From Syntrophobacterales bacterium (GTDB lineage Bacteria > Desulfobacterota > Syntrophia > Syntrophales > CAMTWB01), in contig JBBIRO010000008.1 of NCBI GenBank assembly GCA_037441775.1, positions 13,054 through 77,053 of the forward strand: a stretch of 64,000 bases of DNA. The letters are read 5' to 3'. Of the stretch, positions 19,014-28,160 are shown piece by piece (the first letter of the stretch is position 1; each line of letters begins with the position of its first letter). The notes under the pieces are model-generated. The model saw only the letters and a program-made list of their open reading frames with translations. It searched no databases and was not told where the DNA came from. The position numbers and the translations under genes are program-made.

Positions 19014-19618
19014 TGAGCGAAATCATTTTAGATATTGACGGTAAAAAGGTTCACGCCAGCGAGGGGATGATCCTGCTCGAAGCGGCGCGCCGGGCGGGAG
19101 TATCGATTCCGACGCTCTGTCACCACGAAAAATTGGAACCTTACGGGGCCTGCCGAATCTGCACGGTGGAAGTGGAAGCCGGCGGCTGGACGAGACTCGT
19201 TGCGGCCTGCGTTTACCCGGTCGAGAGAGATCTCGTCGTCAGAACTAGATCCGAGAGGGTCAACAAGATTCGCCGGCAGATCCTGGAGCTATTGCTGGCC
19301 CATGCCCCCTATGCGGGCCAATTGCAGGATTTGGCTAAAGAGTATGGAGCTAATCCGCGCCGCTTTGAGCAGGAGACCTCCTATTGCATCCACTGCGGCC
19401 TGTGCGTCAGGTACTGCGCTGAGGTCAAAAATAAAAACGCTGTTGGATTTATCGACAGAGGGACAAGGCGCGAGATAAGTTTCATTCCCGAGATAGCAGC
19501 CAGGGAGTGCTGGGACTGCAAGGAATGTTTTCCCCTCTGCCCCACCGAAGCGCTGCAGGCAGCGTTTGTCTTAACCAGGGCGCTTTCACCTTCCCTCAAA
19601 CCAAAGAACGAGGAATAA
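19013..19618 (+). CDS. bamI: BamI, NuoG N-terminal-like [2Fe-2S]/[4Fe-4S] subunit
   Basis: Plant-type 2Fe-2S motif (TLCHHEKLEPYGACRICTVEV) and the CIHCGLCVRYC cluster. TAATG overlap with bamH. Confidence 0.7.
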   Translation: MSEIILDIDGKKVHASEGMILLEAARRAGVSIPTLCHHEKLEPYGACRICTVEVEAGGWTRLVAACVYPVERDLVVRTRSERVNKIRRQILELLLAHAPYAGQLQDLAKEYGANPRRFEQETSYCIHCGLCVRYCAEVKNKNAVGFIDRGTRREISFIPEIAARECWDCKECFPLCPTEALQAAFVLTRALSPSLKPKNEE

Positions 19619-19811
19619 GCATTTGTCGCGCCTTAGCCTTGCCGACTTTTTACATAGATGTCGCCCGGACCTTTGGTGCCCGTCAGTGGAGGGCACCAGG
19701 CAACCCCAGAGCCGTAAGCGGGCGGCGCGAGCGTAAAGGGGCAACCTTTTTCGCGGGACTTTCCTGAATTGCGATTTGGCGTCTTTTTACCAGGGCGCCA
19801 ATCTGGAAAGG

Positions 19812-20156
19812 CTATTGGCGCCCATCATGTAATTGTTTCCCTCCCAGTACATGGAGGTGGAGATGATAGATTACCTGCCCGCCCTCTTGATTGCAATTAA
19901 TTACCGTCCGAAAGCCCCGCTGATCGATTCCCTTGATTTTAGCTGCTTCCTGAGCCGCAAACATCAGAGCCTGCAAAATCTCGCCGTTCTCCGAGGAAAT
20001 ATCTAGGAGAGTGGGTATGTGTGCCTTGGGGATTATAATTACATGTACCGGGGCTAGGGGATGGATATCGTCAAAAGCCATCACCAGATCATTTTCATAG
20101 ACCCGATTGGAAGGGATTTCACCCTTTACGATCCGGCAGAAGATGCAATCCGCCAT
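19812..20156 (-). CDS. HIT-family (histidine triad) nucleotide hydrolase
   Basis: CIFCRIVKGEIP N-terminus and HLHLHVLGG triad. Start set at MADCIF, with GGGAGG 5 nt upstream; the track ORF adds 12 aa. Confidence 0.9.
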   Translation of the reverse strand: MADCIFCRIVKGEIPSNRVYENDLVMAFDDIHPLAPVHVIIIPKAHIPTLLDISSENGEILQALMFAAQEAAKIKGIDQRGFRTVINCNQEGGQVIYHLHLHVLGGKQLHDGRQ

Positions 20157-20175
20157 TTTCACCTCCCTGTCGTTT

Positions 20176-20925
20176 TCAATGAACATCGCCATTTTTCCAT
20201 CGCCGCTTGGCCGCTATTATCGCCAGCCGGAGGTCCATTGCTCCCGAATACAGCGCTTTTCCCACAATTACGCCGATAATGCCGTCATCTTCAATGGCCA
20301 TTAAATTGACAATATCCTGCAAGCCCGCCACCCCCCCTGAGGCGATAACGGGAACGGATATTGCGGCAGCAAGTTCTCTTACGGCGCGCAAATTGACGCC
20401 TAATTGCATGCCATCCCTTTTTATGTCCGTGAATACGACCGCCGCGAGGCCTAAGCCATCATATCGTTTTACCAGTTCTTCCGGACTTAAATCCGTATGT
20501 TCCGTCCAGCCCTGGATCGCCACCCGACCATCAAGCGCATCTACACCAAGAACAATACTGCCAGGATATGTTGCGATGGCTTGTCGCACGAATTGTTCAT
20601 TGGACAACGCCCCGGTCCCCAAAATTACCCGTTTGACTCCCATGGCCAGATACGCCTCGATGGTTGCCTGGTCACGGATGCCGCCACCCACCTGGATGGG
20701 AACGGTCACCGCCCCAACGATACGGCGGATGACATCCCTGTTGACTGGTGAGCCGGCAACTGACCCATCCAGATCAACCACATGGATCCATTCGGCGCCC
20801 TTTTCCTGCCAGCGGATCGCCACATCTTCCGGCTTGTCGGAATAGACCGTGGAACGGGAAAAATCTCCCTGGGCCAGCCGGACGCACTGCCCCGATTTCA
20901 AGTCAATCGCCGGTATAACGATCAT
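20176..20925 (-). CDS. hisA: ProFAR isomerase HisA
   Basis: MIVIPAIDLKSGQCVRL..., VGGGIR and ASGGV phosphate-binding motifs. 249 aa. Confidence 0.95.
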   Translation of the reverse strand: MIVIPAIDLKSGQCVRLAQGDFSRSTVYSDKPEDVAIRWQEKGAEWIHVVDLDGSVAGSPVNRDVIRRIVGAVTVPIQVGGGIRDQATIEAYLAMGVKRVILGTGALSNEQFVRQAIATYPGSIVLGVDALDGRVAIQGWTEHTDLSPEELVKRYDGLGLAAVVFTDIKRDGMQLGVNLRAVRELAAAISVPVIASGGVAGLQDIVNLMAIEDDGIIGVIVGKALYSGAMDLRLAIIAAKRRWKNGDVH

Positions 20926-21072
20926 GCCAAACCCCTAGCCGCTCTAAAAAACATTCGGAATCACCGTGAAACATGGGATCCCGAACCATGGTTAAAATCC
21001 AAACGCAAATTAGACGCAGTTTCTTAAGCCTCCGTCGTGGCTATTTTTTTCTCATTTTTGCCGGTTAGTCCA

Positions 21073-21786
21073 TTACCTGGCCACGGGAATCTTTCGCATC
21101 AAATCTTCAATCCCCTCCGTCGCGAGCTCTCTGGCTGTGGCCCAGCGGCCACGCCACCGTTGGAAGGATGATATGTCAAGCATGTTCTCCAAGAGGGATC
21201 GCTGTGTTTTATCGAAAGCACCACGCCAGACCATCGCCCCGTCATCCGCCTTTATCAGCTCTATTTCGAAGGCCACCGAAGCCGGATATTCCACTGCATA
21301 GGAGTGCCCTTTACGTTCCCGATAACGATAAACATGCCCGATGATCAAGCCCTCCACATTTAGCTCTTTGCCGATGGACTTAAAGAATTCAGTCCGGGCT
21401 TCTCCGGACAGACCATCTGGCGCTAGCTGCCGGTATAACCTGTTGAGCTCTTTTTCGTCCACCAGTTGATACGCCGCCTGTCCCTGCACCTGAAGCAAGA
21501 CAATTTCTCTTATTATATTGGCGGCATTCGAATCAGTTTTATCGGGAAGTTGTACTGAAGGGTCGCGCGGCGTACTTATCATTCGGGAAGATACGATATC
21601 GTACGGAACCTCTTGGAAGGTTAAGATTGCAACCCTGCTTAAGGGGTTCTGCGGACCCCGCGTCGTTAGAATAGTTCCGCCGTCTCGCAGCGCACAACCC
21701 GCCGCAAAAATAATCGCCAAGGCTGGAAAGCTAAAACAGCTAATTTTTTTTGCAAACTTGAAGAAAGCGCTAAAAATGGAAAACAC
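21073..21786 (-). CDS. Hypothetical lipoprotein
   Basis: Signal peptide with lipobox (LAIIFAAGC). No family recognised with confidence. It sits between hisB and hisA on the same strand. Confidence 0.6.
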   Translation of the reverse strand: MFSIFSAFFKFAKKISCFSFPALAIIFAAGCALRDGGTILTTRGPQNPLSRVAILTFQEVPYDIVSSRMISTPRDPSVQLPDKTDSNAANIIREIVLLQVQGQAAYQLVDEKELNRLYRQLAPDGLSGEARTEFFKSIGKELNVEGLIIGHVYRYRERKGHSYAVEYPASVAFEIELIKADDGAMVWRGAFDKTQRSLLENMLDISSFQRWRGRWATARELATEGIEDLMRKIPVAR

Positions 21787-21828
21787 CTCCCTGCGGAACC
21801 CTCACCAATAGATCGAGCCAAGCGACAA

Positions 21829-22416
21829 TCAGAGAGAGCCTTTTGTGGACAATACGCCTACGAGATTGGCATTTACCTTCAGTGCGTCCCGAATTGCCCG
21901 GGCCGTGGCCTTGAAGACTGCTTCAGCGATATGATGGGAGTTTCTACCATAAAGAAGGCTGATATGCAAGGTGATTCCGGCCTGATCAGTGAAGGCCTTA
22001 AAAAACTCTCCCACCAGTGAAACGGAGAAGGTGCCTGCCCGGTATTCAGGAAAATCGACGTTGTAAACCAGGTAAGGCCGACCGGACAGGTCAACCGACA
22101 CCGAGCAGAGACTTTCATCCATCGGCAGCAGGGCATAACCATATCGCTCGATGCCTTTTTTTTCCCCCATGGCCTGCCTGAAAACCATGCCCAGAGTTAT
22201 GCCTGCATCCTCGACCAGGTGATGATCATCGACTTCGATATCGCCCCGACCTATCATCGTAAGATCAATGAAGCTGTGCCGGGCAAAAAGATTAAGCATG
22301 TGATCGAAAAAAGGAATTCCCGTCCTGATGTCTCCCAGTCCCGTCCCGTCCAGACAAATCCTTGCCTGAACTTCCGTCTCGTTTGTTTTTCTTGTTATTA
22401 CAGCTTCCCGCACCAT
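21829..22416 (-). CDS. hisB: Imidazoleglycerol-phosphate dehydratase HisB
   Basis: RKTNETEV..., GIPFFDHML, DDHHLVEDAGI, HHIAEAVFKA motifs. 195 aa. Confidence 0.95.
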   Translation of the reverse strand: MVREAVITRKTNETEVQARICLDGTGLGDIRTGIPFFDHMLNLFARHSFIDLTMIGRGDIEVDDHHLVEDAGITLGMVFRQAMGEKKGIERYGYALLPMDESLCSVSVDLSGRPYLVYNVDFPEYRAGTFSVSLVGEFFKAFTDQAGITLHISLLYGRNSHHIAEAVFKATARAIRDALKVNANLVGVLSTKGSL

Positions 22417-22427
22417 TTTCCGGATCC

Positions 22428-23300
22428 TTATATGACCTTGTTGAGAGGGTATTCAATGATACCCTCAGCGCCCGCTTCCTGAAGGAGGGGGATGAGATCC
22501 CTGACTATGCCGGTACTGACGATTGTATCCACCGCAAACCATTCCTGCGAGTAGAGATTCGATATAGTCGGCGCCTTGAGCGAAGGGAGCAGGAGAACTA
22601 CCGAGCCTAAATTCTCCTTCGCTACATTCAGTTTGAGCCCCACCTTCCCCATGGCCTGAAGAGAACCATTCAATAATATCTGAATCTGTTCAATTTTACG
22701 TCTTTTCCAGGAATCCGCCCAGGCATCCCGATTGGCAATGAGCTGGGTATTGGTTTTCATCAGCTCATGAACGATCCTTAAGTTATTAGCCTTGATGGTG
22801 CTGCCGGTCTCGGTAACCTCCACAATCGCATCCACCAGGCCGTCAACTACCTTCGCCTCCGTCGCTCCCCAGGAAAACTCGACGTTGACATTAATATTTC
22901 TCTCCTGGAAAAAACGTTTGGTAAAGTTAACAAGTTCGGTGGAAACCCTTTTCCCTTCGACATCTTCTAAGGTTTTAATGGGCGAATCTTCTCTTACCAC
23001 CAGCACCCACCTGGCCTGCCGGGTGGAAGTCTTCGAATAGACCAGATCCTGCACCACCACTACCCGGGAATTATTTTCCTCAATCCAGTCCCGGCCCGTC
23101 AAACCTAAATCAAGGACACCGTCTTCTACAAAGCGGGACATCTCCTGCGCTCTAACCAGCGCGCAGGACAGCTCCTCATCGTCAACATCGGGAAAATAGC
23201 TGCGACTGTCATAGTTGATTCGCCAGCCGGCTCGCTTGAAGAGGTCTACGGTGCTGGCCTCCAGGCTACCCTTCGGTATCCCCAGTCGTAATTTTTTCAT
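22428..23300 (-). CDS. hisG: ATP phosphoribosyltransferase HisG (long form)
   Basis: [11 protein letters not shown]-terminus, [10 protein letters not shown] motif, and a C-terminal regulatory domain. 290 aa. Confidence 0.95.
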   Translation of the reverse strand: MKKLRLGIPKGSLEASTVDLFKRAGWRINYDSRSYFPDVDDEELSCALVRAQEMSRFVEDGVLDLGLTGRDWIEENNSRVVVVQDLVYSKTSTRQARWVLVVREDSPIKTLEDVEGKRVSTELVNFTKRFFQERNINVNVEFSWGATEAKVVDGLVDAIVEVTETGSTIKANNLRIVHELMKTNTQLIANRDAWADSWKRRKIEQIQILLNGSLQAMGKVGLKLNVAKENLGSVVLLLPSLKAPTISNLYSQEWFAVDTIVSTGIVRDLIPLLQEAGAEGIIEYPLNKVI

Positions 23301-23641
23301 TTACAAACCCCACCGCCTTCGCTCTGGTTGCTAATCCTGAAAAAACATGAACGATTGCCTGTATGGCAGGCAATTCCTCCCACCTGCTCCACCTTAAGCA
23401 CCAGGGTGTCGCCATCGCAGTCCAGTAAGATACTTTTGACCAGTTGATAATGACCGGAGGTTTCCCCCTTTATCCACAGACTTTTTCTGGACCGGCTCCA
23501 GTAGGTTGCCCGGCCGGTTTTTATTGTTGCAAGCCAGGCCTCGCGATTCATATAAGCCAGCATCAGAACTTCTCCGGTCTCATGGTCTTGGGCAATCGCC
23601 GGCACAAGACCGTCGCCCTTGTCAAAATCAGGTTCCAGCAT
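23297..23641 (-). CDS. hisI: Phosphoribosyl-AMP cyclohydrolase HisI (monofunctional)
   Basis: GLVPAIAQD...MLAYMN...YWSRSR..LW.KGETSG...DCDGD...CHTG pattern. 4-nt overlap with hisG. Confidence 0.95.
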   Translation of the reverse strand: MLEPDFDKGDGLVPAIAQDHETGEVLMLAYMNREAWLATIKTGRATYWSRSRKSLWIKGETSGHYQLVKSILLDCDGDTLVLKVEQVGGIACHTGNRSCFFRISNQSEGGGVCK

Positions 23642-23720
23642 TTACGGCTCCAGCAGCATATTTTAGCGCAATATCCGCCATCTTTACCGCTTGGGATACT
23701 AGATTAGCATAATGATTTAA

Positions 23721-24197
23721 TCAAGAACTATTTACCTGCTGGTGCGCGCTCCGAAGAGACCGATCGGGAAGCTGTACACCTCCAAGCTTGCCGAGACCGC
23801 CGCTGACCTCCTATATGACCGTTTCTATGGATCACAGGGAATCCGACTCGCGCATGTTCTTACAAACAATGGTTGTTAATATTGCGGCCAACCAATGATC
23901 GATTCCTATCATATCTTCCAGGAACTCAACGACATTGAGCATCGGAGGACTAAAGTGGCTCGGCCTAGAACCGACGGTTTCGGGGAGCGATTCAACCGAA
24001 CCCTGATTGATGAGTTTTTCCGGGAGAAGCTCTATACCACCGTCGAAGCCCTCCAGGAGGATCCGGAGCGCCGGCTCCATCATTGCAATTACGAAAGGCC
24101 GCACCGGGGATTAAGAAATATGAGCAGGCGGCCGATTGAAACCGTCGAGACCGGCAAGGTTATCAAAAAGGAAAGGAACCTAAAACAGGCAGCATAA
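23721..24197 (+). pseudogene. Remnant of an IS transposase (rve integrase-core, IS481-like), 5'-truncated with an in-frame stop
   Basis: The frame reads ...KLYTSKLAETAADLLYDRFYGSQGIRLAHVLTNNGC*, with TAA at 23877-23879. It then continues ...IEHRRTKVARPRTDGFGERFNRTLIDEFF...YNYERPHRGL. There is no N-terminal HTH or first catalytic Asp region. Confidence 0.75.
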
Positions 24198-24553
24198 AAA
24201 TCAGTATCAAAGAGAAGACCGGTGTCCGGGAAGTGCTTGACTTTTACAGCGTACCGTATATTTCACATTCGACAACGAAAAAAGATGGCGCCAAAATTTT
24301 GACAAAAAGACACCGGCCGTTGTTTACTCGCACTCCCGGCAGAAACAGGTTGCAGCATGAACATCAAACCAGGGCAGTTTCACGCTAATAAATCCCTGTT
24401 TCTGTCTTAAAAACCAGACCGCCTGTGTGCAAACGAACGGATGTCAGGACAAATTATGCAATATTATAATTATTCTAAGGTTTTACGCTAATCGAACTTT
24501 ATGCGACGCCGTCAACTTTGACGAGCCGTTCGCCACTCCATGCTACAGAGAAG

Positions 24554-25762
24554 ATGTTAATGGTAAAAACACCGACCACATTGGAGATAGTAAAGACAGC
24601 TCTCTACGTTGGCACTGTCGGCTATGGCGGAGCGGCAATTTTAGCCGTGATGAAGAAAGTAATCGTTCATGAAAAAGGGTGGCTCAAGGAAGATGAGTTC
24701 ATGAACGCCCTGAGTTTGGCGCAGTTATTGCCGGGTGCTGTTGGTGTGACCATTTGGAGTTACATCGGCCACAGGTTCAAACCGGCCTGGGGCGGCATCA
24801 TACTCCCCTTTGCGTTTGCATTTCCGGCGATGTTGTCCATCATCCTGCTGGCCTGGGCCTATTTTACTTTCGGCGACCTGTCATTTGTCCGCTCGATCTT
24901 CCTGGGATTAGGAGCCCTGGTTGTCGCGCTGTTAATTAATGCCACCCTGATGCTGGGGACAACTGTTTTCCGCAACATGGGAAACAATGCCGCATACGGT
25001 ATTGTTATTGCCGCGCTATCTTTTTCCGGACTCCACTTTTTTGGCTTAAACGTTGCTTTTATCATCTTGATTTCCGGTTTGCTGGGGGTTTTGTTTTTTT
25101 ATTTCAAGGAAGATCAAGTCAAATCGAAAAGAGGGCAGGGGGCTTTAAAAGTTGAAAAGCGCATAATGAAAATGCGGCAGCGGGGAGGTTTTCTTCTCGT
25201 GGCATTTTTTATAGGATTGCTTGCGGTATCATTTTGGTATCTTGCCGGGACATGGGACATTTTTGCAGCCTTTTTCAAGATCGGGTCCCTGGCCTTTGGC
25301 GGCGGTTTTACTGCCGTTCCCATTATTCAGCATGTTGTTGTTGACGGCATGAAGTGGCTTGATCTTAAAACCTTTCGCGACGGCATCGCCCTGGGGCAGA
25401 TCACGCCGGGGCCGGTGTTGATCACTGCCACCTTTATCGGCTATAAAGTCCAGGGCATCATTGGAGCGATCGTAGCCACGATCGGTATTTTCACCCCTTC
25501 TCTGGCGGCGATGATACTTGTCAGCCGGGCACACGCGAAAATAGAAAATTTAAAGATTGTCAAGGTTTTCATAAAAGGTATTCAGGCCGGGTTCGTCGGG
25601 CTTCTTATTGCCGTTGTTATGCAATTCGGCATCCAATCCCTGATAAATATCAAAACATGGACCGTGTTGTTCGTTTGTATCGCCTATCTTGTCGGCTGGA
25701 AAAAGGATGCGGCCTGGCTCGTTCTGGGGGTCATCGGTCTGTCGTTGTTTTTGTTTCCCTGA
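24554..25762 (+). CDS. chrA: Chromate transporter (CHR family, fused two-domain ChrA)
   Basis: Two CHR repeats, e.g. LAQLLPGAVGV and FFKIGSLAFGGGFTAVPIIQ...ALGQITPGPVLITATFIGY. Polytopic membrane protein. The ATG at 24554 is preferred over the TTG at 24518. Confidence 0.85.
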   Translation: MLMVKTPTTLEIVKTALYVGTVGYGGAAILAVMKKVIVHEKGWLKEDEFMNALSLAQLLPGAVGVTIWSYIGHRFKPAWGGIILPFAFAFPAMLSIILLAWAYFTFGDLSFVRSIFLGLGALVVALLINATLMLGTTVFRNMGNNAAYGIVIAALSFSGLHFFGLNVAFIILISGLLGVLFFYFKEDQVKSKRGQGALKVEKRIMKMRQRGGFLLVAFFIGLLAVSFWYLAGTWDIFAAFFKIGSLAFGGGFTAVPIIQHVVVDGMKWLDLKTFRDGIALGQITPGPVLITATFIGYKVQGIIGAIVATIGIFTPSLAAMILVSRAHAKIENLKIVKVFIKGIQAGFVGLLIAVVMQFGIQSLINIKTWTVLFVCIAYLVGWKKDAAWLVLGVIGLSLFLFP

Positions 25763-25862
25763 AAAACGGGAAGCATCTAAAGGCTTTTAGCCGGTTTGGC
25801 ATCTGTCTGAGCTTGACTTTACCTATGGCGCTGCTATGATGACCTAAGCCAGAGGTAGTTTT

Positions 25863-28115
25863 ATGAAAAATTACATCGAACGACTTTTCCGGATCTCGCC
25901 GCTGAAAATAGCGTTTTTCATTATTTTTGCTCTTCTTGTCCTATTTTTATTCGATGCTGCTTTTCTCAAATACATGGAGTTGAAAGCCTATGACATGCGG
26001 ATGGTCTATCGGGGTGAGCGGGCGATCGGCAGGGAAACGGCCGTTGTGGCCATCGATGAGAAGAGCCTGACGGAATTGGGTCGCTGGCCCTGGTCACGCG
26101 GGATAATGGCGGAACTGGTAAAGAGCATGAAGGCCCAGGGGGTGAAAGCCATTGGCTTCGATATAATTTTTTCCGAGCCGGAGGAAAACAGGGGAATCAA
26201 AGCCCTCCAGAAAATATCGGAGCAACTCGCCAATCAAAAGCCGGTTGGGAATTCGCTCCAGGCGCTGATAGAAGAGAAAAAACGGCAACTGGATACGGAC
26301 GCCATTCTTGCTGATGCAATAGCCAAAGCAGCCAATGTCACCCTGGGGTATATCTTTCATTTTTCTCGATCCGAGGTGCGGCACTTAACTGAAGAAGAGA
26401 TATCACGGAATGCCGACAGAATCGATTCCGGCCAATATGGGGTGGTCCAATACCAGCGACCTCCCGAACCGGGCAGTCTGCTTGAAGCGCTGGCCCCCCT
26501 CGCAAATCTGGAGGAACTCTCTTCGCGTGCGGAAAACTGCGGTTTTTTCAATGCCTTTCCGGATAAGGACGGAACCATCAGATGGTCGCCGCTGGTGATC
26601 AAGTATAAAGATAAATATTATTCCTCGCTGGCTGTTTCGCTCATCATGCAGTATCTCGACTGGCCGGATGTGCGGCTCAGGCTGGATTCCTTTGGCGTCT
26701 CCGGAATTACTATCGGAGAGACTATGATACCAACCGATCATCAGGGGCGGATGCTGATAAACTACCTGGGACGGGATGCTGCTATACCCCACTACTCCGC
26801 CGTTGATGTAATCAAGGGCCGGATTCCTCCGGGAGAACTCAAAGACCGGATGATAATTGTCGGTGCGACCGCAATCGGCATCTACGATCTGAGAGCTACG
26901 CCCATGAGCCCGGTTTCGGCGGGGGTGAATATTCATGCCACTATAGCAGACAACATTCTGCGGCGGGCATTCCTTGTCCAGTCGTTCTGGACATTGTTGA
27001 TGGATGTTTTCTCCATAGTTTTTTTGAGCCTGGTCACGGGTCTGTTCGTTTCCCGCCTGCGGGCTGTCCCGGCTTTTTGTTTAACCGCCGCCCTGAGCCT
27101 TTCCTTCATCATGGTCAATTTTATGATATTCTCGAGGCTCAGTATCTGGTTTAACCTGGTCTACCCCCTGTTGGCGATCTTGTTTTCCTATATGGGTGTC
27201 ACGGTGCATAAATTCCTGGCGGAGGAAAGAGAGAGGAAAAAGATTCGCTCAGCCTTTCAATATTATCTCACCTCCTCAGTTATTAACGAGATGCTCAAGG
27301 ACCCCTCAAAACTCCAATTGGGGGGCGAGAAGAAGGAATTGACAGTACTCTTCTCCGATATTCGTGGCTTTACCTCGGTGTCGGAGGTTTTGACGCCGGA
27401 AGAACTGGTGCGTCTATTGAATGAATACTTAACCGCCATGACGGATTTGGTATTTAAGCACGATGGCCTTTTGGACAAGTATATGGGCGATGCCATCATG
27501 GCGGTATTTGGAGCTCCGCTGGATCAGCCGGACCACCCGGCCCGGGCCTGCAATACCGCGCTGGAGATGCTTTCGGTTCTTGACGTTTTACGGGAAAAGT
27601 GGCGGCAGGAGGGCCGGCCTGATCTCGATATCGGCATCGGGATCAGCAGCGGGGAGATGGTGGTGGGCAATATGGGCTCTCAGATGAGGTTTGACTATAC
27701 CGTCATGGGGGACCGGGTGAATCTGGGTTCCCGTCTGGAAGGGCTCAATAAGGTTTACGACACCAGGATAATTATCAGTGAATATACCCGTGACCTGTTG
27801 TTGGGCCAGTTCGTTTTTAGACAACTCGATTCAGTTCGGGTCAAGGGTAAGGCAATTCCGGTTCAGATTTACGAGCTTTGCGGGACGATGCTCGAAACAA
27901 AGGGTGAGACGCTGGAGTTTATCGCGCTGTTTGAAGAGGGCCTGGCCAGATATCGGAATTGCGCTTGGGATGATGCGTCACGGTTATTCCAAGAGGCACT
28001 TGTTATCAGACCAGATGATGGGCCCGCGAGGCTTTATCTGGCCCGGGTCGAGCAACTGAAGATCGATTCCCCGCCTCCCGGTTGGGATGGTGTCTTTACT
28101 ATGGAGTCCAAATGA
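25863..28115 (+). CDS. CHASE2 sensor domain / class III adenylate-guanylate cyclase
   Basis: CHASE2 (VVAIDEKSLTELGRWPWSR...IGFDIIFSEPE), three or four TM helices, then a cyclase domain (LTVLFSDIRGFTS...DKYMGDAIMAVFGAP...GDRVNLGSRLE). A TPR-like tail follows. Confidence 0.9.
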   Translation: MKNYIERLFRISPLKIAFFIIFALLVLFLFDAAFLKYMELKAYDMRMVYRGERAIGRETAVVAIDEKSLTELGRWPWSRGIMAELVKSMKAQGVKAIGFDIIFSEPEENRGIKALQKISEQLANQKPVGNSLQALIEEKKRQLDTDAILADAIAKAANVTLGYIFHFSRSEVRHLTEEEISRNADRIDSGQYGVVQYQRPPEPGSLLEALAPLANLEELSSRAENCGFFNAFPDKDGTIRWSPLVIKYKDKYYSSLAVSLIMQYLDWPDVRLRLDSFGVSGITIGETMIPTDHQGRMLINYLGRDAAIPHYSAVDVIKGRIPPGELKDRMIIVGATAIGIYDLRATPMSPVSAGVNIHATIADNILRRAFLVQSFWTLLMDVFSIVFLSLVTGLFVSRLRAVPAFCLTAALSLSFIMVNFMIFSRLSIWFNLVYPLLAILFSYMGVTVHKFLAEERERKKIRSAFQYYLTSSVINEMLKDPSKLQLGGEKKELTVLFSDIRGFTSVSEVLTPEELVRLLNEYLTAMTDLVFKHDGLLDKYMGDAIMAVFGAPLDQPDHPARACNTALEMLSVLDVLREKWRQEGRPDLDIGIGISSGEMVVGNMGSQMRFDYTVMGDRVNLGSRLEGLNKVYDTRIIISEYTRDLLLGQFVFRQLDSVRVKGKAIPVQIYELCGTMLETKGETLEFIALFEEGLARYRNCAWDDASRLFQEALVIRPDDGPARLYLARVEQLKIDSPPPGWDGVFTMESK

Positions 28116-28160
28116 GCAAACCAATAAGTATTGCGACCATCTCTTTGGTGGTGAGTAGCG

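Noticed and set aside
8961-19618. Selenocysteine (in-frame TGA) in the Bam/Hdr-like subunits, and likewise in the molybdoenzyme at 33828-35915
   Set aside because: All these reading frames are continuous with Cys at the cluster motifs. There are no split ORF pairs separated by a single TGA, and no SECIS-like hairpin was needed to explain the gene models.
20207-20845. 212-aa ORF antisense to hisA; the same applies to 27984..28718, 29433..30080, 36178..36825 and 44940..45728
   Set aside because: Each is fully embedded opposite a gene with strong family signatures (hisA, cyclase/alr, alr, the PaaK-like ligase, tctC). They are judged to be non-coding shadow frames.
21027-21037. An 11-mer, AGCCTCCGTCG, shared with 57996-58006
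   Set aside because: Hundreds of chance 11-mer matches are expected in a 64-kb window. The flanks do not align.
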